Shown here one piece after another: positions 49,640 through 59,141 of a stretch of DNA of 64,000 nucleotides. Source of the stretch: Cyanobacteria bacterium J06626_4. Lineage in GTDB: Bacteria; Cyanobacteriota; Cyanobacteriia; Phormidesmidales; Phormidesmidaceae. A program made the position numbers and the translations under genes. The stretch spans positions 147,546-211,545 of the forward strand of contig JBCBJQ010000001.1 in the NCBI GenBank assembly GCA_038523235.1, written 5' to 3'. Positions within the stretch are counted from its first letter, which is position 1. Each line of letters opens with the position of its first letter. The notes under the pieces were generated by a model. That model did not search any database and was not told the DNA's origin. It saw only the letters and a list, made by a program, of their open reading frames with translations.

Positions 49640-50956
49640 TTATAGCAGTCGCAGTTGTCTGAGGGCCTCGTCTTCCGGATCGGCTGCTCGGGGCGTGCTC
49701 TCGTCTGCCTGCGGTGGTGGGGAGGCGGTCTCAAGCTCAACGGGGGCGTCAGCGATGAGCGCCTGGGCGGCGGCGACCATATCGGTCGCCAGCTCAGCCA
49801 AATCTTCGCGGTTGTTGAGATAGGTCTGCAGCGCTTCTAGCGGATCAAGGCTGTTGCCAGGAGTCAGTTCGGGCAGTCGCGATCGCGATTTTTGCGTGAC
49901 AATTTGCGGGTGAATCGTGTAGGTGTGAGCGGTTGCCAAGGCGGCAAAAATCGCGGCGTTATCCACCGCCTCTACTTGGTCGGGCCGCAGGCTGTACATG
50001 AGGCGCACCACCGCATCCTGTAAATCATGTTTAGCGATCGCCCGCAATAGTTTTGCCTGCGGCTCAGCCGCCGCCGTCAGATCAACCGTAACGGTGCGAA
50101 AAGGTCGCACCGGCAGGGGACAAAATTCGACCTGGGTGGCCTGTTTTTTGACCGTCACCCAGACATAGCCTTTCTCCTCATCGGCTTCACTAAAATCAAC
50201 GCGCTCGATACTACCGGGATACACCACGGGCGGCGACTCACAGAGCACTTGGTGCCGATGCACATGGCCCAGCGCCACATAATCAAAGCAGGGTCGCGCC
50301 AACAGCGCCATCGGCACGTTAAAGCCGCGCCCCACGGCAAGAAACCGCTCGGCGCCAAAGGTGGCCGTATCAGTCATCAGATGCGCCAACAGAATGGTGG
50401 GCACGGTGGGGTCAAGGCGGCGAACTTCGCCCTCTAAGGCAACCCGCAGCCGATCTAACAGCTGCTGGCTCACTTCTGCCATTGACAACCCCTCCATCTC
50501 GGGACGGGTCAATAAGGTGGAAGGGGTCAACCAGGGCAGCGTGATCACCTGTACCGGCCCGTTGGCGGTTTGGATAGTGTGCGTCTCTAGGCGATCGCCC
50601 ACAATCACCCCCGGCACTCCTAACGTGCGATAAATGCAGAGGCTGGCACCGCCCTGCCCTTGGGCGTACTGATCATGGTTGCCCACCAGCAGCACCGTGG
50701 GAATGTTGGCATCGGCCAGGCGACGAAACTGGCTGGCAAAGGCCTGCTGCACCAAGGGCGGCGGCGTCGCATCAGGGAAAGCGTCTCCCCCAAAGAGCAC
50801 TAAGTCAGCAGGACTGGCGATCGCCCGATCAACGCACCGGCCTAGCGTCGCAACAAAGTCCTCCAGTCGGGTATTCATGCCCGTCTCCGGGTTGAGGCAA
50901 CCGTGGGCAAAACCGCTACCCATGTGAATGTCGGACAAATGCAGCACTGAGATCAT
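49640..50956 (-). CDS. sbcD: Exonuclease SbcD / Mre11 family
   Basis: SDIH, GGDAF, GNHD, AHL, ALGHVH, YPGS metallophosphoesterase motifs. Confidence 0.92.
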   Translation of the reverse strand: MISVLHLSDIHMGSGFAHGCLNPETGMNTRLEDFVATLGRCVDRAIASPADLVLFGGDAFPDATPPPLVQQAFASQFRRLADANIPTVLLVGNHDQYAQGQGGASLCIYRTLGVPGVIVGDRLETHTIQTANGPVQVITLPWLTPSTLLTRPEMEGLSMAEVSQQLLDRLRVALEGEVRRLDPTVPTILLAHLMTDTATFGAERFLAVGRGFNVPMALLARPCFDYVALGHVHRHQVLCESPPVVYPGSIERVDFSEADEEKGYVWVTVKKQATQVEFCPLPVRPFRTVTVDLTAAAEPQAKLLRAIAKHDLQDAVVRLMYSLRPDQVEAVDNAAIFAALATAHTYTIHPQIVTQKSRSRLPELTPGNSLDPLEALQTYLNNREDLAELATDMVAAAQALIADAPVELETASPPPQADESTPRAADPEDEALRQLRLL

Positions 50957-50971
50957 CGTGCAGCCCTCAGG

Positions 50972-50985
50972 AGTACTAATGCACT
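50972..50985. promoter_or_regulatory. Candidate cyanobacterial LexA box upstream of sbcD
   Basis: AGTACTAATGCACT, one mismatch to RGTACNNNDGTWCB, 15 bp from the start codon. Confidence 0.4.
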
Positions 50986-51234
50986 CCTAAGTGTACTCAT
51001 CGCCGGCCAAAAGGCCAACCACGCAGCCAAATTGGCCATATCTGAGCGAGCATCCATCCCTACTGCAGTGATCTGGCTGCTCTCTAAGCCTCATCCCGTT
51101 CAAAGCAAGACGTCTCGGCAACAGCCGATGGGATGAACAAAATTCACGCTGCGAAAACCGAATAATCCTGAGAACTATTGGGAAACAGCCAGTAGGATGG
51201 CAAAAGACCCACTCTGCACCCGATCAAATCTGCG

Positions 51235-52350
51235 ATGAAGTCCATTATTGCCGTCGATCTGCCTCAAAATGCCTACGAAGTTGTGATCGCGCCCGATGCG
51301 CTAAATCATGTGGGCGGCTGGCTGGCCGATCACCAAAAACCGTTGGTGCCGACCGGCCAAAAGCTGCTGGTAGTCTCTAACCCAGTAATTTTTCGGCATT
51401 ATGGCGATCGCCTCGTCCAGTCTTTAGCGGCGGCGGGGTATCAGGTTAGCACCTGCCTCTTGCCGGCTGGTGAACGCTACAAGACCCTGCGCTCTATCCA
51501 AAAAATTCACGATGCGGCCTATCAGGCCAAGCTAGAGCGCAAGTCGGCGATGGTGGCCCTGGGTGGGGGCGTGATTGGTGATATGACCGGATTTGCCGCC
51601 GCCACCTGGTTACGGGGGATTGGCGTCGTGCAGATTCCCACGTCACTGCTGGCCATGGTCGATGCTTCGATTGGGGGCAAAACTGGCGTTAACCATCCCC
51701 ATGGCAAGAATTTGATTGGGGCCTTTCACCAGCCGCGCTTGGTGGTCATCGATCCCAACGTTTTGAAAACGCTACCGGCCCGTGAGTTTCGGGCCGGCAT
51801 GGCGGAGGTCATCAAATACGGCATCATTTGGGATGCCACGCTGTTTGAAACGTTGACCCAAGTCCCCCGTCTCGACCAGTATCGCTACGTCAGTGGCGAA
51901 CTGCTGCAAACTATCTTGACGCGATCTTGCCAGGCGAAGGCAGAGGTCGTCGCCCAGGACGAAAAAGAAGCGGGGCTGCGAGCCATTTTGAACTACGGGC
52001 ACACGATCGGCCACGCGGTTGAAAGTGCGACTGGTTACCGCACCGTCAACCATGGGGAAGCGGTGGCGATCGGCATGGCCGCCGCCGGTCGGTTGGCAAC
52101 AGCCTTGCAACTCTGGCCCGCCGCCGCCGAACAGCGCCAAACGGAGCTCATCGCCAAAGCCAAGCTGCCCAGCCAAATTCCGCCGAATGCCGAAACTGAG
52201 CGACTCATCGCCTTACTCCAGGCTGACAAAAAAGTCGAAGCCGGTCGGGTGCGGTTTATCTTGCCTAAGGAGATCGCCGATGTGTTCATCACCGATCAGG
52301 TGACTAACGATGACATTCGCCCCGTTTTGGCCGCCATGACCAACCCGTAA
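51235..52350 (+). CDS. aroB: 3-dehydroquinate synthase
   Basis: [41 protein letters not shown]. Confidence 0.97.
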   Translation: MKSIIAVDLPQNAYEVVIAPDALNHVGGWLADHQKPLVPTGQKLLVVSNPVIFRHYGDRLVQSLAAAGYQVSTCLLPAGERYKTLRSIQKIHDAAYQAKLERKSAMVALGGGVIGDMTGFAAATWLRGIGVVQIPTSLLAMVDASIGGKTGVNHPHGKNLIGAFHQPRLVVIDPNVLKTLPAREFRAGMAEVIKYGIIWDATLFETLTQVPRLDQYRYVSGELLQTILTRSCQAKAEVVAQDEKEAGLRAILNYGHTIGHAVESATGYRTVNHGEAVAIGMAAAGRLATALQLWPAAAEQRQTELIAKAKLPSQIPPNAETERLIALLQADKKVEAGRVRFILPKEIADVFITDQVTNDDIRPVLAAMTNP

Positions 52351-52358
52351 AATAATCC

Positions 52359-52403
52359 GTAGGGGCGAGACATTCTCGACATTACATTTTGGCCGCGTCC
52401 TAA
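52359..52403. repeat. Degenerate GTAG-type REP-like element between aroB and hisB
   Basis: GTAGGGGCG ... CGCGTCCTAA ends. Confidence 0.4.
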
Positions 52404-52458
52404 TCACTCATTGAGCATGCCTCACCCCTACCAGCGTCCCATCCACTCAACTATTGCC

Positions 52459-53097
52459 ATGCAACTTCAAGACCGCGACACCCATGCCCGCCCCGCGCTA
52501 ATACTGCCTGAGCGAACCGCCACCGTCGCCCGCCAAACCGGTGAAACCAACGTCCAGGTCACGCTCACGATCGACGGCACCGGCCAGTGCGAGGCGCAAA
52601 CCGGGGTGCCCTTTCTCGATCACATGCTGCACCAAATTGCTTCCCACGGTTTGTTTGACCTCAGCGTGCAGGCCCAAGGCGATTACGAAATCGATGACCA
52701 CCACACCAACGAAGACGTGGGGATTACCTTAGGGATGGCCTTGCAGCAGGCACTGGGTGATCGTAAAGGGATTGTTCGCTTCGGCCACTTTGTCGCCCCC
52801 CTGGATGAATCGCTAGTACAGGTAGCACTCGATTTTTCGGGGCGGCCCCACCTCAGCTACGGACTCGAAATTCCCACTCAGCGCGTCGGCAACTATGACA
52901 CCCAGCTAGTGCGGGAATTTTTTGTGGCGATCGTCAACCACAGCCAAATGACCCTACACATCCGCCAGCTCGACGGCATCAATTCTCACCACATTATTGA
53001 AGCGACTTTCAAAGCGTTTGCCCGTGCCATGCGCATGGCCACGGAGATTGATCCGCGTCGCGCCAGTCAAATCCCTAGCTCCAAAGGCGTTTTATAG
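52459..53097 (+). CDS. hisB: Imidazoleglycerol-phosphate dehydratase
   Basis: [36 protein letters not shown]. Confidence 0.97.
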   Translation: MQLQDRDTHARPALILPERTATVARQTGETNVQVTLTIDGTGQCEAQTGVPFLDHMLHQIASHGLFDLSVQAQGDYEIDDHHTNEDVGITLGMALQQALGDRKGIVRFGHFVAPLDESLVQVALDFSGRPHLSYGLEIPTQRVGNYDTQLVREFFVAIVNHSQMTLHIRQLDGINSHHIIEATFKAFARAMRMATEIDPRRASQIPSSKGVL

Positions 53098-53324
53098 AGG
53101 GGGCAGGAAGCGCTGCCGAACTTCCCGATGCCTATTTGATTTCGAGATAACGCCCGCAGCTGTGAACATCATCAGAGCTGCGGTGTTGTCAGGTTGCTGA
53201 CCTGAGACGAGTCCGCCCCGGCAAAATGAACAGCACTCTGCCAGGGTCTCTGCTACCTGGCCGGTGCCTCCAGTCATCGGCAATGACCTGTGAACCCGCG
53301 CCCATTCAAAAATGGCTTGAGCCC

Positions 53325-53750
53325 ATGAATCTACCTGAAGATCCGGATACGGCTCCTGAAATCAATATCGTGCCGATGATTGACGTCATCTTTGTGGTGC
53401 TGACATTTTTCATTCTGTCGAGTCTTTTTCTCACCCGGTCTGAGGGCTTACCCGTTGACCTCCCCGGCGCCGCCACCAGCGAACAGCAGCTGCAAGATTA
53501 CTCATTAATCCTGACGATGACAGATGGCGGCGATCTCCAATTGGGCAACGAGGCGACGTCGTTATCATCGTTGGCCTCACTGGTGCAGGCTCGGCGGGTA
53601 GGTGATCGCCCGCTGCTGATCATTATTCGCGCTGACGCCGCCGTGCCTCACGGTCAAGTAGTCGCCGTAATGGATCAGTTACGCACCCTCGATAACGTGG
53701 GGATGGCGATCGCGACACAGCCACCGGCACTGGCCCCGGCAGCCGAGTAA
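53325..53750 (+). CDS. exbD: Biopolymer transporter ExbD/TolR family
   Basis: EINIVPMIDVIF..LTFFI, V.LP.A, IRAD..V..G.VV.VMD. Confidence 0.9.
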   Translation: MNLPEDPDTAPEINIVPMIDVIFVVLTFFILSSLFLTRSEGLPVDLPGAATSEQQLQDYSLILTMTDGGDLQLGNEATSLSSLASLVQARRVGDRPLLIIIRADAAVPHGQVVAVMDQLRTLDNVGMAIATQPPALAPAAE

Positions 53751-54148
53751 CCAGCAATGCCCACGGGGGATGCCCAGCCAGCTGGAGCCGTGAGCACGCA
53801 ATCATCAAAGCGAGCGATCGTCATGGCACTAGCCCATACCGCTCACGCGGCACTCCCAACCATGAGAATCAGAGACCTTAGAATCCCGATCAAGGCAGCG
53901 GTTCGATCCCATTAACTGGGCTGGCATCGTCGCTGAACCATCGCAGTCGCCGTCAACCCATGAATCTTAAGATATGGATATGAATTGTTACCCTGGGCCT
54001 GCCGCACATTTCTAGACGCTCTCCGCCGCCTCAAAGTCGAGCCATAGGATCAGGCACAATCAACGAAAGAACTAGCCCGCCTGGTTTTCGGCAAAGCGCT
54101 AGATTTAGAGCCTTCTGACCGTATTCACAATCAAGCCCGCTAAATAAG

Positions 54149-54165
54149 TTGAGACCTATTCTCAA
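54149..54165. promoter_or_regulatory. Candidate Fur box upstream of furA
   Basis: TTGAGA-CCTAT-TCTCAA inverted repeat resembling TGAGAATNATTCTCA, about 80 bp before the GTG. Confidence 0.55.
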
Positions 54166-54247
54166 TAAGAAAATCTTCTTGCAAATTGTATGGATCAGTC
54201 GCTATCATTGTCAACAAGGCGTCGCTGTTGAGAGGAGCATAATTCTA

Positions 54248-54700
54248 GTGGCATATACCCCAGCCGCCCTCAAGGCTGAATTGAATGAGCGTGGGTGGCG
54301 CTTGACCCCACAGCGGGAAATTATCTTAGAGACGTTTCAGAATCTGGCCAAGGGCGAGCATTTGAGCGCCGAAGATTTGCGTGACGTTCTCAAAGATGAG
54401 GGTGAGCAGGTGAGCTTATCCACCATCTATCGCAATCTCAAACTGATGGCTCGCATGGGCATTTTACGCGAGCTAGAGCTGGCTGAGGGCCAAAAGCGCT
54501 ACGAAATCAACCAGCCATCGCCCCATCACCACCACCATTTGATCTGCGTCCGCTGCAGTAAGACGATCGAGTTTAAAAATGATTCGGTGCTAAAGGCGGG
54601 AGCGCGAACCGCCAAAAAATCTGGCTATCACTTACTCGACTGCCAGCTCACGATTCATGCGGTATGTCCGACCTGCCAACGATCGCTCTTACCTGTATAA
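54248..54700 (+). CDS. furA: Ferric uptake regulator, FurA type
   Basis: LKAELNERGWRLTPQRE, HLSAEDL, STIYR, HHHHHLICVRC, HAVCPTC; GTG start after GAGGAG. Confidence 0.92.
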   Translation: MAYTPAALKAELNERGWRLTPQREIILETFQNLAKGEHLSAEDLRDVLKDEGEQVSLSTIYRNLKLMARMGILRELELAEGQKRYEINQPSPHHHHHLICVRCSKTIEFKNDSVLKAGARTAKKSGYHLLDCQLTIHAVCPTCQRSLLPV

Positions 54701-54720
54701 GCCACCTGGCATGACCAAAG

Positions 54721-56250
54721 TTACGGCAGCCAAGTCGGGGTCGCGCCGGTAAAGGGCAGCACTTGCGGCTCTGTCTGTGCTGGGGTGCCCGTCAAGCGTT
54801 CCTCCGTTGTCTGAAACAAAGGTAGCAGCAAGTTTTGAGCAGCACCATCAGGAGTCGGCGAAGCCACTTCTAGCGCGATCGCTAGACCATCCGGCGAGAT
54901 ATTCATGCTGACGCGCGATTGGGCCGGAAAGGTCAGCAGCGGCACCAGCAGCGGCGATTCATCCAAGGCGATCGCCGTGAGAAAGGGTTGCTCTTGGTAG
55001 TCGGCCCCCGGCAGCAGCTCACTCGCTAAGACATAGAGGATTTGGTTGGTGGGGTCAAACTCAGCGGCCAGGATCGAGCCGGTCGTATCCAGCAGGGGGG
55101 TTTCTTCACCGTCAATGGTGACGAATACCAGCGTTTCGGTAAAGCGCCGTTCCGGGTCGTTTTGGTTGAAATCGACCATCGCCGCGGCCGAACCATCGCT
55201 GGTGACATCAAACACGCGGCCAAACTCAGGCAAAAAGTCGAGCGGGTCAGCGGCGATCGCACCCTCTGCCTGCAAGTCGAGCGGAATGATGGCCGTACCT
55301 TGTCCCTGCAGCAGCAGCAGCGTTTGGCTGTCTGGCCCGATCAAAAACTCACCACCAGGCTCGGTGTCTAGCCGCTGAGGGGTCTCGCCTTCGGGAATCA
55401 CCCACGGTCCAAAATCGCTCGGTGAGGTGGGGTTCACCCGCTGCACCACGATCTTTTTGCCATTAGGGGCGAGGTCAAACGCCAGATTTTGGTATTCATC
55501 GCCATCGAGAATCGGCGTTAGAGTACCGGCTTCGTCGGGAGCAAACGAGACGGTAACCGCCTCGGTCAAAGATTGTTCTGGGGCCAGCGGGGCTAAGCCC
55601 GTGGCGACCGTAAAGAGTGAAGCCGTTGCACTGCCGGAGGCGGCCGCTGCGGTCGGCACGGCAGAAAACAGCAGGCGATCGCCCAAGGGATACGGCTCAA
55701 AGTTGAGCACGGTCAAATCGGGCGGGGTCAGCGCTGTCGTGGCCCCCGCTTGGGAGAAGTTGATCAACATCAGACGGCCCGCTTCGTCAGCTTGGGTGCC
55801 GATGAAGGCAATCGCTCGGTCACGACTTTGAAAGCTGCCCGTAAAGGGCTCAAACTGGGTTGCAGTGGCCTGCCCGATCGAGAAGCGATCGCGGGCTTCT
55901 GGCAACCGTACCTCATAGGTCTCACCGTAGGGAATGGGCACATCTAAGGTGTAGGCCAAGCGCCGCCCCGCCCAGCTCACCCGGCCTGGCAAAGGCGGCT
56001 CAATTTGCAGATTTGCCTCCACGGTTTCAGGGTCCATCGGGCGCGTAAACGTGATGGCAAACGCGATATTATCCGCGCCGACGGTATGCGCCTGCCAGGA
56101 AAAATCGCGCACCTTGACCGTGGCATGGTCACCCAAAACGACGAGTAAAAAGGCGAGCACCACTAACCCCACCATCAACGCCATCGCGATTTGATCGAGG
56201 GACGCCTTGGAGCGTCTCAAAGCTCGCTGAGCAGCGCGATTAAAACTCAT
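54721..56250 (-). CDS. Membrane-anchored protein with Ig-like domain and beta-propeller-like region
   Basis: N-terminal TM; F.RPMD..VE..L.I.PPL.G...W.G Ig-like segment; DLAPNG and ISPDG propeller-type turns. Confidence 0.7.
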   Translation of the reverse strand: MSFNRAAQRALRRSKASLDQIAMALMVGLVVLAFLLVVLGDHATVKVRDFSWQAHTVGADNIAFAITFTRPMDPETVEANLQIEPPLPGRVSWAGRRLAYTLDVPIPYGETYEVRLPEARDRFSIGQATATQFEPFTGSFQSRDRAIAFIGTQADEAGRLMLINFSQAGATTALTPPDLTVLNFEPYPLGDRLLFSAVPTAAAASGSATASLFTVATGLAPLAPEQSLTEAVTVSFAPDEAGTLTPILDGDEYQNLAFDLAPNGKKIVVQRVNPTSPSDFGPWVIPEGETPQRLDTEPGGEFLIGPDSQTLLLLQGQGTAIIPLDLQAEGAIAADPLDFLPEFGRVFDVTSDGSAAAMVDFNQNDPERRFTETLVFVTIDGEETPLLDTTGSILAAEFDPTNQILYVLASELLPGADYQEQPFLTAIALDESPLLVPLLTFPAQSRVSMNISPDGLAIALEVASPTPDGAAQNLLLPLFQTTEERLTGTPAQTEPQVLPFTGATPTWLP

Positions 56251-56980
56251 AGGGATTCTTCGGCTCCGGCACCGGCAAAACGTCCTGCGGCTGAATCACC
56301 AATCGGCGTTGGCCATCGACAGTGTCGGTCATCATGGTGCCAGTGATGTTCACCCAACTGTCGGGAGCAAACTCTCCGCGATCGCCCGACAGCTGCACCG
56401 GCAACCCGACCGGATAGGCATCGGCCGCACAGCAGGTCAGCACAAACCGCGCCGCCAGCAGATAATCATCAGGCCAGTTGGGCGGATGAATGACAAAGCC
56501 AGTAATGTTGACCGGCTCATCGGTGTAGGCATCAGGCTCCGGATAAACGTTGAGCAGGCGGATCCAGTCAATCAGGGAACGCTCTTCGGGCGGGGTGTTG
56601 CGGGCAAATCGGCGGGGCTGCGATCGCGTCAGCGCCACTGGCTCCGCAATACCCCGCGCCAGGGCCGTATCGCTGGTAAACGGGCGGGGAATATAAATAA
56701 TGCCAAAAACGGCCACAGCCAGCAGCACCGCTAAGCTCCACCGCCGCGGCAGCAGCGCAATGTGAGGAGTATTAAGGCTTTTCGGCGACCACAGCAGGGC
56801 CGCGCCGCGCCACAGAGCCATCAGCAAGAGTAACCAACCGGCACCAATCGCCAACCAGTGATAATCGGGATGCAACAGCACCGCGAGGCGGCCCGTCCAC
56901 CAATACCGCAAAATCATCAGCCCCCATAGCAGCAGGGCCAGGGCATCGAAAGCAATGGGCCAGGGAAAGGTCCGTTTCAT
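56240..56980 (-). CDS. TIGR03943 / DUF1980 (YcgQ-like) putative permease subunit
   Basis: G.L..LLHPDY, three TMs, ITGFV, ARFVLTCCAADA.PVG, P.NPY. Confidence 0.82.
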   Translation of the reverse strand: MKRTFPWPIAFDALALLLWGLMILRYWWTGRLAVLLHPDYHWLAIGAGWLLLLMALWRGAALLWSPKSLNTPHIALLPRRWSLAVLLAVAVFGIIYIPRPFTSDTALARGIAEPVALTRSQPRRFARNTPPEERSLIDWIRLLNVYPEPDAYTDEPVNITGFVIHPPNWPDDYLLAARFVLTCCAADAYPVGLPVQLSGDRGEFAPDSWVNITGTMMTDTVDGQRRLVIQPQDVLPVPEPKNPYEF

Positions 56981-56989
56981 CTCAGAGGG

Positions 56990-58012
56990 CTACCAGCTGG
57001 TGTAAAGGTTGACGGCTAACGTAAACACAAAGGTCAGCTGGGCGGCCAGCACAAATAGATAAATCACCGCCCGACTCTTAAAGGTCGTTAGGAGCAGTGA
57101 AATATTTTTGAGGTCAATCATCGGGCCAAAAACTAAAAAGGCCAGGATGGAGCCGCTGGTAAAAATGGAGGCGAAGGACAGAGCAAAAAACGAGTCTACC
57201 GTCGAGCAGATCGAGACGACCCAAGCCAATAGCATCATCGCCAAGATCGAAGTGATCGGGCCTTGGCCCAGCGCCAAAATCCACTCGCGGGGAATCGCCA
57301 CCTGCACCGTCGCCGCGATCGCACTGCCCATAACCAACACCGCCCCAAGTTCGCGAAATTCTTGCAGCATCATCTCTAACACCGCTTGGGCCTTGACCGT
57401 CCAGGCAGCGGTGGGCAAAACTGCCATATCCAATGTGCTGGCCAGAGGGCGATCAAGCTTCACCGTGCCCGTTGATTGCAGCAGATAGGTGCCCCGCGTC
57501 AATAGTGGACTGTCGCTGGTCGTGGTCGCTAGCGCGGGTTCGGGCTCGGGGGGCAGCAACTGCCGGGCGATCGCCGGTTGTAAAAAGGGCCGCAAGTCTT
57601 TCTGCACGCTAAAGACACAGGCAATAATCACCGAGATCAAAATCGTCAGCCCGACGCGCCAAAACACCATTGAGGGCTGATCACGAAAGGCCACCCAAGT
57701 GGCCCAAAACACAATGGGGTTAACCGTCGGGGCCGCCAGCAAAAAACCAATAGCCAGCGCCGAAGGCGCACCCTGCATCAGCAGACGCCGAGCCACCGGC
57801 ACATTGCCGCACTCACAGACGGGAAACAAACAGCCAAATAGGCTCCCAGCAATGGCGGCTAACACCGGATTTTTAGGCGTCAAGGCCACCAGCTTGCGCT
57901 CATCGACCAAGATCGCCAACAAACTCGAAAAAGCGACACCCAACAACAAAAATGGCGTAGCTTCGACGAGCAAGCTCAGAAATAGCGTCAGGCCTTGGTT
58001 AAATTGAGACAT
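56990..58012 (-). CDS. DUF318 / ArsP-like (YcgR-like) permease
   Basis: EA.PFLLLG, PVCECG.VP, FLLAAP..NP, SICST.D.F.A, FLVFGPM.D.K. Confidence 0.85.
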   Translation of the reverse strand: MSQFNQGLTLFLSLLVEATPFLLLGVAFSSLLAILVDERKLVALTPKNPVLAAIAGSLFGCLFPVCECGNVPVARRLLMQGAPSALAIGFLLAAPTVNPIVFWATWVAFRDQPSMVFWRVGLTILISVIIACVFSVQKDLRPFLQPAIARQLLPPEPEPALATTTSDSPLLTRGTYLLQSTGTVKLDRPLASTLDMAVLPTAAWTVKAQAVLEMMLQEFRELGAVLVMGSAIAATVQVAIPREWILALGQGPITSILAMMLLAWVVSICSTVDSFFALSFASIFTSGSILAFLVFGPMIDLKNISLLLTTFKSRAVIYLFVLAAQLTFVFTLAVNLYTSW

Positions 58013-58162
58013 CGCCCCAGCCAGAGCAAACAGTGAAAGCATCAAAGGCGCTTGAACTAAGGACAGTTAGAGCAGTCCCCCGGTTCAAACAGCTTCACTA
58101 TGATAGTGCGTCGTCTGGCTGAACGGCCTGATCGCCTTTTTATCCCCATCATCGAATTTTGA

Positions 58163-58852
58163 TCACCACAGTCGAATTTTGCACAGGCTGATGTTGCCTG
58201 ACAAGCAAACATCAACGTCAGCCCCGGGATCACGACGGCGATCGCCGTACTTGCCACTGTAATAAAACTGGTTGTCTTCGATTTTGAACTCCGTAGGCAA
58301 TGGCTGCGTGCAGGGCGGACATTCCACCAGAGTCGGCACCGCATCGTCGGCTTGCAGATGAGGCAAATTCACATTCCAAAACTGTCCTGGCGGCAGCGGG
58401 TGAGGCATCAGCTGTTCTAATACTTGACGAGCTAGCCGTGTGGCCACCGCCCAGTCGATTGGGCGACGATTATGAATGTAGTGGGAAATCGCAATTCCCG
58501 GTACCCGCAACAGAGTGGCCTCTCGCACTGCGGCCACCGTGCCCGACACATACATATCGGCTCCCAGATTCCCCCCGGCGTTAATGCCAGACAGCACCCA
58601 AGTGGCCTGTGGATACAGGTAACTCACCGCCACTCGCGTGCAGTCGGCAGGAGTGCCCGCGATCGCATGTTCGCGCTCATGACGACGGTCAAGGGCGATC
58701 GCGCCGCCGCGATTGAGCTGATGACTACAGCCTGACAAAGGGCGATCAGGGGCCACGATGGCGGTAGTTTGGCCCGGAAGGGCCGCCTGCAGCGCCCGAA
58801 TGCCCGGTGCATCAATACCATCGTCGTTGGTGAGAACTAAAGTCATGGACAC
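58163..58852 (-). CDS. surE: 5'/3'-nucleotidase SurE
   Basis: LTNDDGI.APG, SG.SH, GTPADC, SGIN.G.NLG, SGTVAA. Confidence 0.93.
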   Translation of the reverse strand: MSMTLVLTNDDGIDAPGIRALQAALPGQTTAIVAPDRPLSGCSHQLNRGGAIALDRRHEREHAIAGTPADCTRVAVSYLYPQATWVLSGINAGGNLGADMYVSGTVAAVREATLLRVPGIAISHYIHNRRPIDWAVATRLARQVLEQLMPHPLPPGQFWNVNLPHLQADDAVPTLVECPPCTQPLPTEFKIEDNQFYYSGKYGDRRRDPGADVDVCLSGNISLCKIRLW

Positions 58853-59054
58853 CCGTTGAGGAAAATACAGACGCAGGGTTACAGTTCGAGGGCCAAGGGT
58901 CGCTGGGATAAAAACTCGAAAAGCTGAATTTTACGCTATCGAAAAATTAAACGACGAGATCCCATCGTGGCTGCTCGTTCCAGTGACTAAACAGACCCGT
59001 GGCAAAACAGATTGGTAGGGCAAGGCTTCGAGTATGCCAAGAAATAATGTGTCC

Positions 59055-59119
59055 AAGAACCCGGTTGCTGAAAACAGGTCAACAGTCTGCGGCAAGTTTT
59101 TCATAGCAACCGGGTTCTT
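59055..59119. repeat. Inverted repeat / REP-like hairpin downstream of dapF
   Basis: AAGAACCCGGTTGCT ... AGCAACCGGGTTCTT perfect 15-bp arms. Confidence 0.75.
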
Positions 59120-59141
59120 CAGGCCGAAAATTCAGGGGCGA

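Noticed and set aside
53140..53270. CCCGCAGCTGTGA upstream of exbD, resembling part of a cobalamin riboswitch
   Set aside because: The upstream GGGAA/T-loop elements and the downstream AGYCAG B12 box are not recognisable; the segment instead pairs locally as a simple hairpin.
53895..53920. GGTTCGATCCC resembling a tRNA T-loop
   Set aside because: No 5-bp T-stem, acceptor stem or anticodon arm can be formed.
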